A stretch of 39,799 bases of DNA from Deltaproteobacteria bacterium UBA4427 (GTDB lineage: Bacteria; Myxococcota_A; UBA9160; UBA4427), in assembly GCA_963854795.1 (NCBI GenBank), contig CAWLAJ010000003.1:1-39799 (forward strand). Direction: 5' to 3'. This document shows, in pieces, positions 9,540 to 18,339 of the stretch. The notes beneath the pieces are model-generated. The model saw nothing but the letters and a program-made list of their open reading frames with translations. It had not been told where the DNA came from and did no database searches. Both the position numbers and the translations under genes were made by a program. Positions within the stretch are counted from its first letter, which is position 1. Every line of letters begins with the position of its first letter.

Positions 9540-10202
9540 TCAACGTCCCAGCGTCGAGTCACCCAAGAAAAGATGGACGAGTGCGTCGGCGTGGGCTTCG
9601 ACTTCACGTTCTTCGAGCGGATCGACTCCCGAAACGCGGCGACATTCCGGAGCTTGATGAAAGATCATCGCGACCGAGCCGACGAAAATGTAATTGAGAT
9701 GCGTCGGATCGATTCCCTTCGGCATTCCGATCTCATCGGCCACGCGTGAAAAGAGAGTCGTCAGTCCGTCGACGAGTGGCCGCACGTGGCGATCGACCAG
9801 CCAACGCATGCGCGGTCCCGTTCGCTTCCCTTCCTCGTTCATCAACCGCACGAATTCCGGATGGCTGGCCACGAAAGCGACGTAGACGCGGATCATTCGG
9901 GCGGCGGCTTCTCGATCGCTGGGACCCTCGCTCGCCAGCAGTCCACCCATCGCCGAATGGAGTTCGTCGAAGGCGCGATCCACGGCTTCTCGCCAAAGCG
10001 TCTGCTTGGTCTTGAAGTAGTAGGGAATGAGTCCCTGGTTCACGCCGGCCTGCGCGGCGATCGACCGGGTCGAGGCTCCATCGAAACCCTTGAGCGAGAA
10101 CGCCTCGAGTGCCGTCTGCAGAATCAGTTCGCGAGTGGACGCGTCCTTTTCAGACGACCGCTTGGCGGGAGCAGTACGTGCGGCCGGGGTCACGCGAGGC
10201 AA
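9540..10202 (-). CDS. TetR/AcrR family transcriptional regulator (RutR-like C-terminus)
   Basis: HTH ILQTALEAFSLKGFDGASTRSIAAQAGVNQGLIPYYFKTKQTLW. TTG start with GGAGA upstream. Confidence 0.93.
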   Translation of the reverse strand: MPRVTPAARTAPAKRSSEKDASTRELILQTALEAFSLKGFDGASTRSIAAQAGVNQGLIPYYFKTKQTLWREAVDRAFDELHSAMGGLLASEGPSDREAAARMIRVYVAFVASHPEFVRLMNEEGKRTGPRMRWLVDRHVRPLVDGLTTLFSRVADEIGMPKGIDPTHLNYIFVGSVAMIFHQAPECRRVSGVDPLEEREVEAHADALVHLFLGDSTLGR

Positions 10203-10463
10203 AGGCGATGTCTCCGAGTGAGGATCGATTTCGTCGAGTACGAAGTTATTCGTTCGACCAAAAATAGCCGCACTCGGCCCTCACGCAATGTCGGGTCGGA
10301 TTCCATCCGGAACCGCGTATCACGCGGATCGCGGCCTGGACCACGCGGCGCGCTTACGCGCCGCCCTCTTCCATCGACGAATCGCGGTTGGCTCGACGCT
10401 CTTCAGCTTCAGACGCTCTGGCATCACCGGCTGCGTTTTCGAAGATTCGCCACTGCTCGGCAA

Positions 10464-10958
10464 TCAAGCGGACATGTCCATGCCGCCTACGACGACACCG
10501 CCGTCGTGCATGATCACGCGGGGCACCTTGACGTCGCCGCCGATCACGCCACCGGCCTTGATCTCGACCCGCTCACTGGCGATCACATCTCCGGTGATTC
10601 GCCCGAGGACCAGAACCGTGTGTGCCTCGACGGTCGCTTTCACCAGACCATCCGCCCCCACCGTCAGCTGGTGATTGGCGAGGCGAATCGAGCCCTCGAT
10701 CGTTCCCTGGATCTCGAGATCTTCTTCAGCCAGGATATTTCCGGTAATCGTCGTTGCGTGTCCAACATGAGCCATGGGGTCAACCTCCAAATTCGGGGAA
10801 TCCAGAACATCCTCGAGAAGCGGTTCGACCGCGCGAAGGTGTTCGTTCTGGAGTGGCAACTCGGTCCTTTTCTCCGGCGAATGTCCATTGCGCGAAGCCG
10901 CATCCAGCTTCCTTTTTTTCGCGTCCGGCCCGAAATGACGATCGACGATCTCGCTCAT
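10464..10958 (-). CDS. Bactofilin (polymer-forming cytoskeletal protein, CcmA family)
   Basis: Beta-helix repeats VGHATTITGNI..EEDLEIQGTIEGSI..LTVGADGLVKATVEA..V.V.GRITGDV.A.ERVEI..GGVIGGDV..PRVIMHDGGVVVG. AAAGGA RBS before ATG 10958. Confidence 0.9.
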   Translation of the reverse strand: MSEIVDRHFGPDAKKRKLDAASRNGHSPEKRTELPLQNEHLRAVEPLLEDVLDSPNLEVDPMAHVGHATTITGNILAEEDLEIQGTIEGSIRLANHQLTVGADGLVKATVEAHTVLVLGRITGDVIASERVEIKAGGVIGGDVKVPRVIMHDGGVVVGGMDMSA

Positions 10959-11143
10959 GGGAATCTGTCCTTTGGTGGTGGCCATCGTCGTCAGGATTCC
11001 CGACACGATGCCAACTCTCTGGGGTGAGGTTTCGCGAGGCTCCGGGCTTTCGGATTCGCTGTGTGAGACGATCGACTTTGCGCGAGAGTCTTCGGACGAG
11101 CTGCAAGACTCCGCGCCCGCTCGTCTCGGCGGAGAACGACGAC

Positions 11144-12280
11144 TCAGCGATCACCAAGATCGCAAAAGTGAACGACCTCGGTCTTCCACGCCTCGGGCCA
11201 ACCCGAGGTCGCGCCTACGATCCGACCGAGCATGCCGCCCTGGTCGTGACCCAGGGTCGTGAGCCAATTCGCATACCGTGGGCCCGGATCTTCATGCGCC
11301 ACCACGATCTCGATCGACCCGTCCGCCTCATAGCGCGCCGTGAACTTGTTGACGCAGACCTCGAAAAAGCGATGTTCGAGAGATTCCATCCAATAATTCG
11401 ATAGTTGAAAATTCCAGGTCTGACAATCCGGCATCCCTTCGATCTTGATCAGCAGAGCCTCGTCCGGCGCGAGTTCCCAATGACTCTGGTAGTAGTGGAT
11501 CGTGGGATCGCCACCCGCCGCCAGCAGGGTTGGCTGATGGTGCGCTGGTAACTCGTTGAGCGTCGTTTGTCGATAGGTCGTCGTCCAGGTGGAACCCAGG
11601 GCGAGCGTATTCTCGAGAAAGGTCAACGCCTGACCCAGCTGGTCCTCGAGGTCTCCGGGAACCAGGTTGTTATTCGCTCGCTCGGGATTCAGGCATTCGA
11701 TCTGAAGCTCCGCGCGCTGCTCCTTCTTGCGATCGCCGAAGGTCTGTCGGACGACGATATTGCTCGAGGCGTCGGTCATCGGGAGCCAGTTGCCCGGCTT
11801 CTTCTCGCGACTCATCCAGATTTCGAAGCGACCCTCCTCGTCGAAGGAGAGCTGGCTCGAGTCGATCTCGCCTGTACTCGCCATGCTTTCGACGTTCCCC
11901 CCGCCCGCCTTCACTCCGACGCTGAACCACTTAACAGATCCGCGTTGACCGAAGATCCGATAGTCGAATCGGGGATCCACCGCGCAATTCTCGTAGTAGT
12001 TGTCGGGGTTGTCGTTGAGAACCTTCTTCGTCTCGTCGGCCAGCCGATAGAACGCCGGATATTGCGGATCCGCATAATCGACGGAGCGCTCGAGCCCGGC
12101 TCTCAGAATCCGCGTCAGATAGCGATAACCGAGTGCCTGATTCATGAGATCCGTCGGGTTCCCGTCGGCTCGCACGAGTTCGCCCGCTGCCTTCAAGCGA
12201 TCGCAGAAATCCGACCAGACATGACCCGTCAGGATTCGCTCTTCGGCTTCCATCGTCTTCTCCTCTTTGGACTCGCTCAT
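11144..12280 (-). CDS. DUF1214-like domain protein (common in actinobacterial-type catabolic clusters)
   Basis: W..FCD.LK.AG, GYRYL.R, DNPDNYY, YRI.G.RG, W.L.PDEAL.I, WNFQL.N.WMESL, AHEDPG..NWL.T.GH motifs. Confidence 0.75.
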   Translation of the reverse strand: MSESKEEKTMEAEERILTGHVWSDFCDRLKAAGELVRADGNPTDLMNQALGYRYLTRILRAGLERSVDYADPQYPAFYRLADETKKVLNDNPDNYYENCAVDPRFDYRIFGQRGSVKWFSVGVKAGGGNVESMASTGEIDSSQLSFDEEGRFEIWMSREKKPGNWLPMTDASSNIVVRQTFGDRKKEQRAELQIECLNPERANNNLVPGDLEDQLGQALTFLENTLALGSTWTTTYRQTTLNELPAHHQPTLLAAGGDPTIHYYQSHWELAPDEALLIKIEGMPDCQTWNFQLSNYWMESLEHRFFEVCVNKFTARYEADGSIEIVVAHEDPGPRYANWLTTLGHDQGGMLGRIVGATSGWPEAWKTEVVHFCDLGDR

Positions 12281-12302
12281 GATTCACTCCGTGGCGCTAT
12301 GC

Positions 12303-13286
12303 CTAATAAACACGATTGTCGACGGGTCGATCCAGCTGCCATCCGAGCAGCGCATCGACCAGAATCTGTCCCATTCCAATCCGCGCCTCGAGTGTCGAAC
12401 TTCCGATATGCGGGACCATGAAGACATTGGGAAGATCGAAGTAGGCCGACGCCAGATCGGGTTCGCCGGCAAAAACGTCGAGGCCGGCCGCCCAGATCCG
12501 CCGCTGGCGAAGCGCTTCGATCAAAGCTTGATCGTCGATGAGATCCCCGCGCGCGATATTCACGATGATCAATTCGGACTTTGCCTGGGCGAGCAGTGCG
12601 TGGTCGACGATTCCGCGGGTCTGCGCCGTGGACGGGCAAGCCAGCAACAGGACGTCGCACTCGCGAATGAGCTCGTCCGCGCTTGCACGAAACCCCGCCG
12701 CGTAGCGATCGCCTTTGGCCGGCCGTCGACGATTCGAATAGAGAATCTTCATGCCGAGTGCCTCCGCTCGGACCGCGACGCGAAGACCGATATCCCCCAT
12801 CCCCAGAATCCCGAGCGTTCGGCCCGAGAGTTGAAATCCGACCAGCTGTCTTGGGCTCCATCCCTTCCAGGTCCGACTTCGAACCAGATCAATACTCTCG
12901 GTTGCTCGACGGGCAGCCCCCAGGATGAGAAAGATTGCATTCTCGGCGACCGAATCCGCCAACACGCCGGGTGTATTGAAGACGGCGATGCCCCGCTCAC
13001 GGGCGACTTCTAGATCGATGTGATCCGTTCCGACGGAATAAGTGGCGAGGGCACGGATGGTCGCGGGAAGGGCCTTGATCTGTTCGGCCTGCATCTGCAC
13101 GTCGAGGGAGAAGAGAATTGCATCGAAGTCCCTGTCACCACCGTTTTCGCCAGTCTTCAATTCACGGAGAGGATGGTTCGTCTTTGCGCGCGCGACGTCG
13201 AAGGCCGACTCGAAGCGCGCTTCGACCACGTCGATCAATCTCGACGCGATGAAGACCGAGAGTTTCGCGCAAGGTGGCTCTGTCAC
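12303..13286 (-). CDS. D-2-hydroxyacid dehydrogenase (glyoxylate/hydroxypyruvate reductase-like)
   Basis: SVGTDHIDL, NTPGVL, GILGMGDIG, NIARG, AGLDVF..EP, PHIGSST. GTG 13286 with AGGGGGA RBS. Confidence 0.93.
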   Translation of the reverse strand: MTEPPCAKLSVFIASRLIDVVEARFESAFDVARAKTNHPLRELKTGENGGDRDFDAILFSLDVQMQAEQIKALPATIRALATYSVGTDHIDLEVARERGIAVFNTPGVLADSVAENAIFLILGAARRATESIDLVRSRTWKGWSPRQLVGFQLSGRTLGILGMGDIGLRVAVRAEALGMKILYSNRRRPAKGDRYAAGFRASADELIRECDVLLLACPSTAQTRGIVDHALLAQAKSELIIVNIARGDLIDDQALIEALRQRRIWAAGLDVFAGEPDLASAYFDLPNVFMVPHIGSSTLEARIGMGQILVDALLGWQLDRPVDNRVY

Positions 13287-13579
13287 ACGAATCCCCCTAA
13301 GGCGCCAGACTCGACGACCGGTTGAATGATGGTTCTGCCCCCGCGTGAGGGACCGATCCGCGGTCGGCAACGATAACGAAAGCCAGAATCCGAGTCCGAT
13401 CTTCCAGGCGCGGCCGAATCGATTTCCCCCTACCCTCCGGGCGCGGCAAGGCTCGGATCACCTTTTCTGGCCAGGCACTCGCGCAGGCGATGCTCGAACG
13501 GATTCGAATCGGTGGCATGGAGTGAATCGACTTCGACCTCGGCGCCGGGCAGGACTCTGACTTTGAAAGGCCCCCATCG

Positions 13580-16500
13580 ATGCAGCGCTTGCTGATCGCG
13601 AACCGCGGCGAAATCGCAGTCCGAATTACCCGCACCGCGCGTGAGATGGGGCTCGTGACCGTCGGCGTCCACTCCCCCGAAGACGAAGAACTCGCCGCCG
13701 GCTACGGCATGGACGAACTCGCACTTCTCGAAGGTCAAGGCGCCGCGGCCTACCTCGACGTTGAAAGGATCGTCGCGCTTGCCCGCACGCGCGATTGTGA
13801 CGCCTTGCATCCCGGCTACGGATTTCTCAGTGAGAGTGCGCGGCTGGCCGAAGCCTGCCTCGATGCGGGAATCCTCTTCGTCGGCCCGAGCCCACAGACC
13901 CTCGAACTCTTCGGCAACAAGGCCGCGGCGCGGGCACTCGCGATCAAGGCCGATGTCCCGGTCGTTCCCGGAATCGAGTCGCCGGCCACGCTCGAGGACG
14001 CCACGTCCTTCCTCGCAGGGCTACCAGACGATTCTTCGATCATGCTGAAGGCGGTCACCGGCGGAGGCGGGCGCGGCATGCGCGTCGTCGAAACAGAGGA
14101 CAAGCTCGCCAAGGCCTTTGAACGCTGTCAATCCGAAGCCCTGCGTTCATTTGGATCCGATCATCTCTTTGCCGAGCAATTCGTCGAGGCCGCGCGCCAT
14201 ATCGAAATCCAGATCGTGGCGGACGGCGCTGGCGGAATTTGTCATCTATGGGAGCGCGACTGCACTCTGCAGCGGCGTCATCAAAAGCTGATCGAAATTG
14301 CGCCTGCACCGGGACTCGACCCGGTATTGCGTGAAGCGCTGATCGAAGCCGCCATCAAGATCGCGAAGGCTTCCGACTATCACGGCATCGGCACTTTCGA
14401 ATTTCTGGTCGAGCCGTCGGGCGCCTTCTTCTTCATGGAGGCCAATCCCCGCCTCCAGGTCGAACACACCGTGACCGAGGAGATCACCGGCGTCGATCTG
14501 GTCGAGGTCCAACTCCGGATCGCACAAGGCGCCAAACTCATCGAACTCAATCTGGCGGAAGCGCCGCGGCCGAACGGATTCTCGATCCAGCTGCGCATTC
14601 TCGCCGAGACGCTCAGCCCGAAGGGGGAACCGCTTCCCGCCAGCGGACGAATCGAATCCTTCGAGCTACCGGGGGGACCCGGAATTCGAGTCGACACTGC
14701 GATGCGTTGTGGCCAGGGACCTCATCCCGCTTTCGATTCACTCCTAGCCAAGCTCGTCGTTTCGAGCCCAGAGGCCGACTATGAACGCGTCGTGCGTCGA
14801 ACCCGGCGCGCGATCTCGGAATTCGTCATCGAAGGCCCGAAGACCAATCTTTCCTTGCTGGCCGCTCTGCTCGATCGCCCGGAATTCAGTGAGAATCAAT
14901 TCACGACTCGCTTCATCGCGGAAAACGCGAAGGCCTTGATCGCCGAAGCGAAAGCCTGGTCGTCTCGGCAGCCGGCAGCCGTCGTCGACAGCGAAACGTC
15001 TTCGTCGGACTCGTCGGAGCGAGCGGTGGCCGAAGGCGCTCTTGCCATTCGCTCGCCGCTGATCGGCACGGTGATCGAAGTCTGTGTGAACGAGAACGCG
15101 GAGGTCTTGAAGGGACAGCCGATCTGCATTCTCGAATCGATGAAGATGGAACACGTCGTTGCCGCCGGCGCGACGGGACGGATCGATCGGCTCTTCACCG
15201 CCGTCGGAGACGTCGTCGCCGAAGCCGAGGTGCTGGCCTCGATCCTTCGATCCGGTGGCGACGCCGAACACGAAGCCGAAGAAGAAGCCCGTGCGCTCGA
15301 CAACATTCGCCCCGACCTCAAAGAAGTGCAGGCGCGACACGGTCTCCTGCTCGACGAGAATCGCCCGGAAGCCGTCGCACGAAGACGCGAGCGGGGTCAA
15401 TCGACGGCGCGCGAGAATCTCGAGAACCTCTGTGACGCCGATAGTTTCATCGAGTACGGAGCCCTCGCCGTCGCCGCCATGCGCAAGAGCCGCTCACTCG
15501 AGGATCTTCAACGCAAGACGCCGGCCGACGCCATCATCACGGGCTTCGGAACGGTCAACGCAGAGCTCTTCGGCGACGAAGACGCGCGTTGCGCGATGCT
15601 GATCGTGGACGCGACGGTTCTCGCGGGCACCCAGGGCTATTACCATCATCGCAAGATCGATCGGCTGCTCGAACTCGCCGAGCGCTACGAAACCCCGGTC
15701 GTCTTCTTTCCGGAAGGCGGCGGGGGTCGGCCTAACGACTCGGACCCCGGCGATCTGGTCGTCGCGGGCCTGAACATCACGAGCTTCCACGCCTTCGCCC
15801 GGCTCTCGGGCAAGGTTCCGCGTGTCAGCATCGTCTCCGGATTCTGTTTCGCGGGCAGTGCTGCATTCGCGGGCTGTTCGGACGTCATCATCGCCACTCG
15901 GAACTCGAGCATCGGCATGGGCGGACCCGCGATGATCGAGGGCGGCGGCCTCGGTGTTTTCGAACCGAAGGAAGTCGGGCCGACATCGGTTCTCGAACCG
16001 GCCGGCGTGATCGATCTACTCGTCGAGGACGAAGTCGAAGCGGTCGCCGCGGCAAAGCGTTATCTGGCCTATTTCCAAGGACCCGTTCGCGATTGGGAAT
16101 GCGCCGACCAGCGAGAGCTTCGTCATCTGATTCCGGAGAATCGTCGGCGTGTCTACGATGTCCGAAAGGTCATCGACACGCTCTTCGACCGCGGCAGCGT
16201 GCTCGAACTCCGACGCGCCTACGGCGTGGGGATGGTCACTGCGCTGGTACGCGTCGAAGGGCAGCCGTTTGGACTCGTCGCCAATGATCCCATGCATCTA
16301 GGTGGTGCCATCGACGACACCGGCGCCCAGAAGGCCGCGCGCTTTCTCCAGCTCTGCGATGCCTTCGGACTTCCCGTGATCTCTCTCTGCGACACCCCCG
16401 GATTCATGGTCGGCCCCGAGATCGAAATGCTCGGCCAGGTTCGCAAAGTCTCTCGTCTGTTCGTCGCGGGCGCGAGTCTCTCGGTCCCGCTCTTCACCAT

Positions 16501-16858
16501 CATCACGCGCAAGGGCTACGGCCTGGGCGCCCAGGCGATGGCGGGCGGATCCTTCGTCGCCCCTTTCTTCACGCTGGCCTGGCCAACCGGCGAGGTCGGC
16601 GGCATGGGCCTCGAAGGCGCCGTTCGTCTGGGCTTCAAGAAGCAACTCGATTCCATCGAGGATGAGGCGGAGCGCGAAAAGCTCTTCGAGAAGGTCGTCG
16701 GCCAGATGTATGAAAAGGGCAAGGCACTCAACGCGGCCAGCCAGCTCGAATTCGACGGTGTGATCGATCCCGCGGAAACGCGAGCCAACCTCCTTCGCGG
16801 TCTGAGGTCTGTCGGCACCAGGAGATCAGGCTCGGGAAGATTCATCGACACCTGGTAG
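13580..16858 (+). CDS. Single-chain biotin-dependent acyl-CoA carboxylase (BC-BCCP-CT fusion, LCC-like)
   Basis: BC: LIANRGEIAVR, HPGYGFLSE, GGGGRGM, ERDCTLQRRHQK, EANPRLQVEH. BCCP: ESMKME. CT: GGGGRP.D, CDTPGFMVGP, RKGYGLGAQAMAGG. Confidence 0.95.
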   Translation: MQRLLIANRGEIAVRITRTAREMGLVTVGVHSPEDEELAAGYGMDELALLEGQGAAAYLDVERIVALARTRDCDALHPGYGFLSESARLAEACLDAGILFVGPSPQTLELFGNKAAARALAIKADVPVVPGIESPATLEDATSFLAGLPDDSSIMLKAVTGGGGRGMRVVETEDKLAKAFERCQSEALRSFGSDHLFAEQFVEAARHIEIQIVADGAGGICHLWERDCTLQRRHQKLIEIAPAPGLDPVLREALIEAAIKIAKASDYHGIGTFEFLVEPSGAFFFMEANPRLQVEHTVTEEITGVDLVEVQLRIAQGAKLIELNLAEAPRPNGFSIQLRILAETLSPKGEPLPASGRIESFELPGGPGIRVDTAMRCGQGPHPAFDSLLAKLVVSSPEADYERVVRRTRRAISEFVIEGPKTNLSLLAALLDRPEFSENQFTTRFIAENAKALIAEAKAWSSRQPAAVVDSETSSSDSSERAVAEGALAIRSPLIGTVIEVCVNENAEVLKGQPICILESMKMEHVVAAGATGRIDRLFTAVGDVVAEAEVLASILRSGGDAEHEAEEEARALDNIRPDLKEVQARHGLLLDENRPEAVARRRERGQSTARENLENLCDADSFIEYGALAVAAMRKSRSLEDLQRKTPADAIITGFGTVNAELFGDEDARCAMLIVDATVLAGTQGYYHHRKIDRLLELAERYETPVVFFPEGGGGRPNDSDPGDLVVAGLNITSFHAFARLSGKVPRVSIVSGFCFAGSAAFAGCSDVIIATRNSSIGMGGPAMIEGGGLGVFEPKEVGPTSVLEPAGVIDLLVEDEVEAVAAAKRYLAYFQGPVRDWECADQRELRHLIPENRRRVYDVRKVIDTLFDRGSVLELRRAYGVGMVTALVRVEGQPFGLVANDPMHLGGAIDDTGAQKAARFLQLCDAFGLPVISLCDTPGFMVGPEIEMLGQVRKVSRLFVAGASLSVPLFTIITRKGYGLGAQAMAGGSFVAPFFTLAWPTGEVGGMGLEGAVRLGFKKQLDSIEDEAEREKLFEKVVGQMYEKGKALNAASQLEFDGVIDPAETRANLLRGLRSVGTRRSGSGRFIDTW

Positions 16859-16870
16859 GCGACCGCGTGC

Positions 16871-16919
16871 TGCGACCTTTCCGGGCATTATTTTGCGCAT
16901 TATGCCTACGTGGTGAGCA
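16871..16919. promoter_or_regulatory. Tandem NtrC-like enhancer sites (TGC-N11-GCA)
   Basis: TGCGACCTTTCCGGGCA (16871-16887) and TGCCTACGTGGTGAGCA (16903-16919), 32 bp centre to centre, about 125-175 bp upstream of the sigma-54 motif. Confidence 0.6.
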
Positions 16920-17042
16920 CTTCCAGGACGCACCGATCCGCCTGGCGAGGAGCCCATGACGCGGAGTCCGCTCGAAAGCCCCCTGATTCGAGCTTGGATC
17001 TCGAACTGCCGGCTTGTAGCGATTGAGATTGTGTTCAGCCTT

Positions 17043-17058
17043 TGGCACAGTCGTTGCT
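17043..17058 (+). promoter_or_regulatory. Sigma-54 (-24/-12) promoter of glnII
   Basis: TGGCACAGTCGTTGCT matches TGGCAC-N5-TTGC(A/T); GG 17044-45 and GC 17056-57 are correctly spaced; lies in the intergenic region upstream of glutamine synthetase. Confidence 0.88.
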
Positions 17059-17174
17059 TCGTTTGAAACGATCGACATCGAGATTCAACGAAAAGACGCA
17101 CGTAAATATCTAGACATCTACCCAAGTAGACACCCAGTCCAGCTGGACTGACGGACGAATGGAGGTCCCCCCGA

Positions 17175-18200
17175 ATGGGCACCAAGGCAAAGCTCGAATA
17201 TATCTGGCTCGACGGCTACAAGCCTACCCAGAGCCTGCGCAGCAAGACGAAGGTCGTCGAAGATTTTGGCGGCAAGCTCGACGATGTCCCGATCTGGGGT
17301 TTCGACGGCTCCTCGACCGAGCAGAGCCCCGGCAATAGTTCCGACCTCACACTGAAGCCGGTCGCGCTCTTCGAAGATCCGGGCCGCAAGAATGGCTATC
17401 TGGTCATGACGGAAGTGCTGAACGCCGACGGGACTCCGCACGAGTCCAACGGGCGCGCGGCGATCGACGATGACGATGAGGATTTCTGGTTCGGATTCGA
17501 ACAAGAATATTGCATCTGGGACAACGAGAACGATCGCCCGATCGGATTTCCTGCCGAAGGTTACCCGGGACCGCAGGGGCCCTACTACTGCTCAGTGGGT
17601 GCCGGCAATGCGGTCGGCCGTGAAATCGTCGACGAACATCTCGATCTCTGCCTCGACGCAGGGCTGACGATCGAAGGCATCAATGCCGAGGTCATGATGG
17701 GCCAGTGGGAATTCCAGGTCTTCGCCAAGGGTGCCAAGCGCGCCGGCGACGAAACCTGGGTCGCCCGCTACCTGCTCGAGCGAACGGCCGAACGATACGG
17801 CTATTCGATCAACCTCGAGCCGAAGCCGGTGAAGGGCGATTGGAACGGTTCGGGCATGCATGCGAACTTCTCCAACAACCTGCTCCGAACCTGTGGCAGC
17901 CAATCGGTCTACGACCAGATCTGCAAGTCCTTCGAGCCCGTGATTGCGGAACACATCACGGTCTACGGTGCCGACAATGATCAGCGCCTGACCGGTGAAC
18001 ACGAGACCCAGTCGATCGACAAATTCAGCTATGGCGTCGCGGATCGAGGGGCCTCGATCCGAATCGGCATCGCGACTGTCGAAGCGGGTTGGAAGGGTTG
18101 GCTCGAAGATCGTCGACCCGCTTCCAACGCGGATCCGTACAAGGTGGCCGGCCGAATCGTCAAGACGGTCAAGGCCGCGAGCGCGAACATCAAGGCCTAG
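17175..18200 (+). CDS. glnII: Glutamine synthetase type II
   Basis: 341 aa; EYIWLDG, LRSKTK, WGFDGSST.Q, WFGFEQEY, PQGPYYC.VG, GINAEVM.GQWEFQ, GDWNGSGMHANFS, RLTG.HET, EDRRPASN.DPY. GGAGG RBS. Confidence 0.95.
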   Translation: MGTKAKLEYIWLDGYKPTQSLRSKTKVVEDFGGKLDDVPIWGFDGSSTEQSPGNSSDLTLKPVALFEDPGRKNGYLVMTEVLNADGTPHESNGRAAIDDDDEDFWFGFEQEYCIWDNENDRPIGFPAEGYPGPQGPYYCSVGAGNAVGREIVDEHLDLCLDAGLTIEGINAEVMMGQWEFQVFAKGAKRAGDETWVARYLLERTAERYGYSINLEPKPVKGDWNGSGMHANFSNNLLRTCGSQSVYDQICKSFEPVIAEHITVYGADNDQRLTGEHETQSIDKFSYGVADRGASIRIGIATVEAGWKGWLEDRRPASNADPYKVAGRIVKTVKAASANIKA

Positions 18201-18227
18201 ACCGAATCAGGTTTTGCTCGACGCAAG

Positions 18228-18262
18228 AAGGGCGTCCGGACTCTGTCCGGACGCCCTTTCTA
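18228..18262. terminator. Intrinsic terminator, probably bidirectional
   Basis: Perfect 14-bp stem AAGGGCGTCCGGAC-TCT-GTCCGGACGCCCTT with T-rich tail, between convergent glnII and serine hydrolase. Confidence 0.88.
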
Positions 18263-18339
18263 TTGCGCTCACTGCGCTCGCTTGGGCTGAAGGCTCTTCC
18301 TTTTTTGCTCACCGCGGTCGGTTGGGCGGGGGGTTTGGG

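Noticed and set aside
10245-10267. Possible TetR operator TTATTCGTTCGACCAAAAATA
   Set aside because: AT-rich and well placed upstream of tetR, but the palindrome is too imperfect to call without a second copy.
13290-13579. Structured RNA or small ORF in the divergent intergenic region
   Set aside because: No riboswitch, tRNA or repeat signature recognisable; the small ORFs lack an RBS and protein-like composition.
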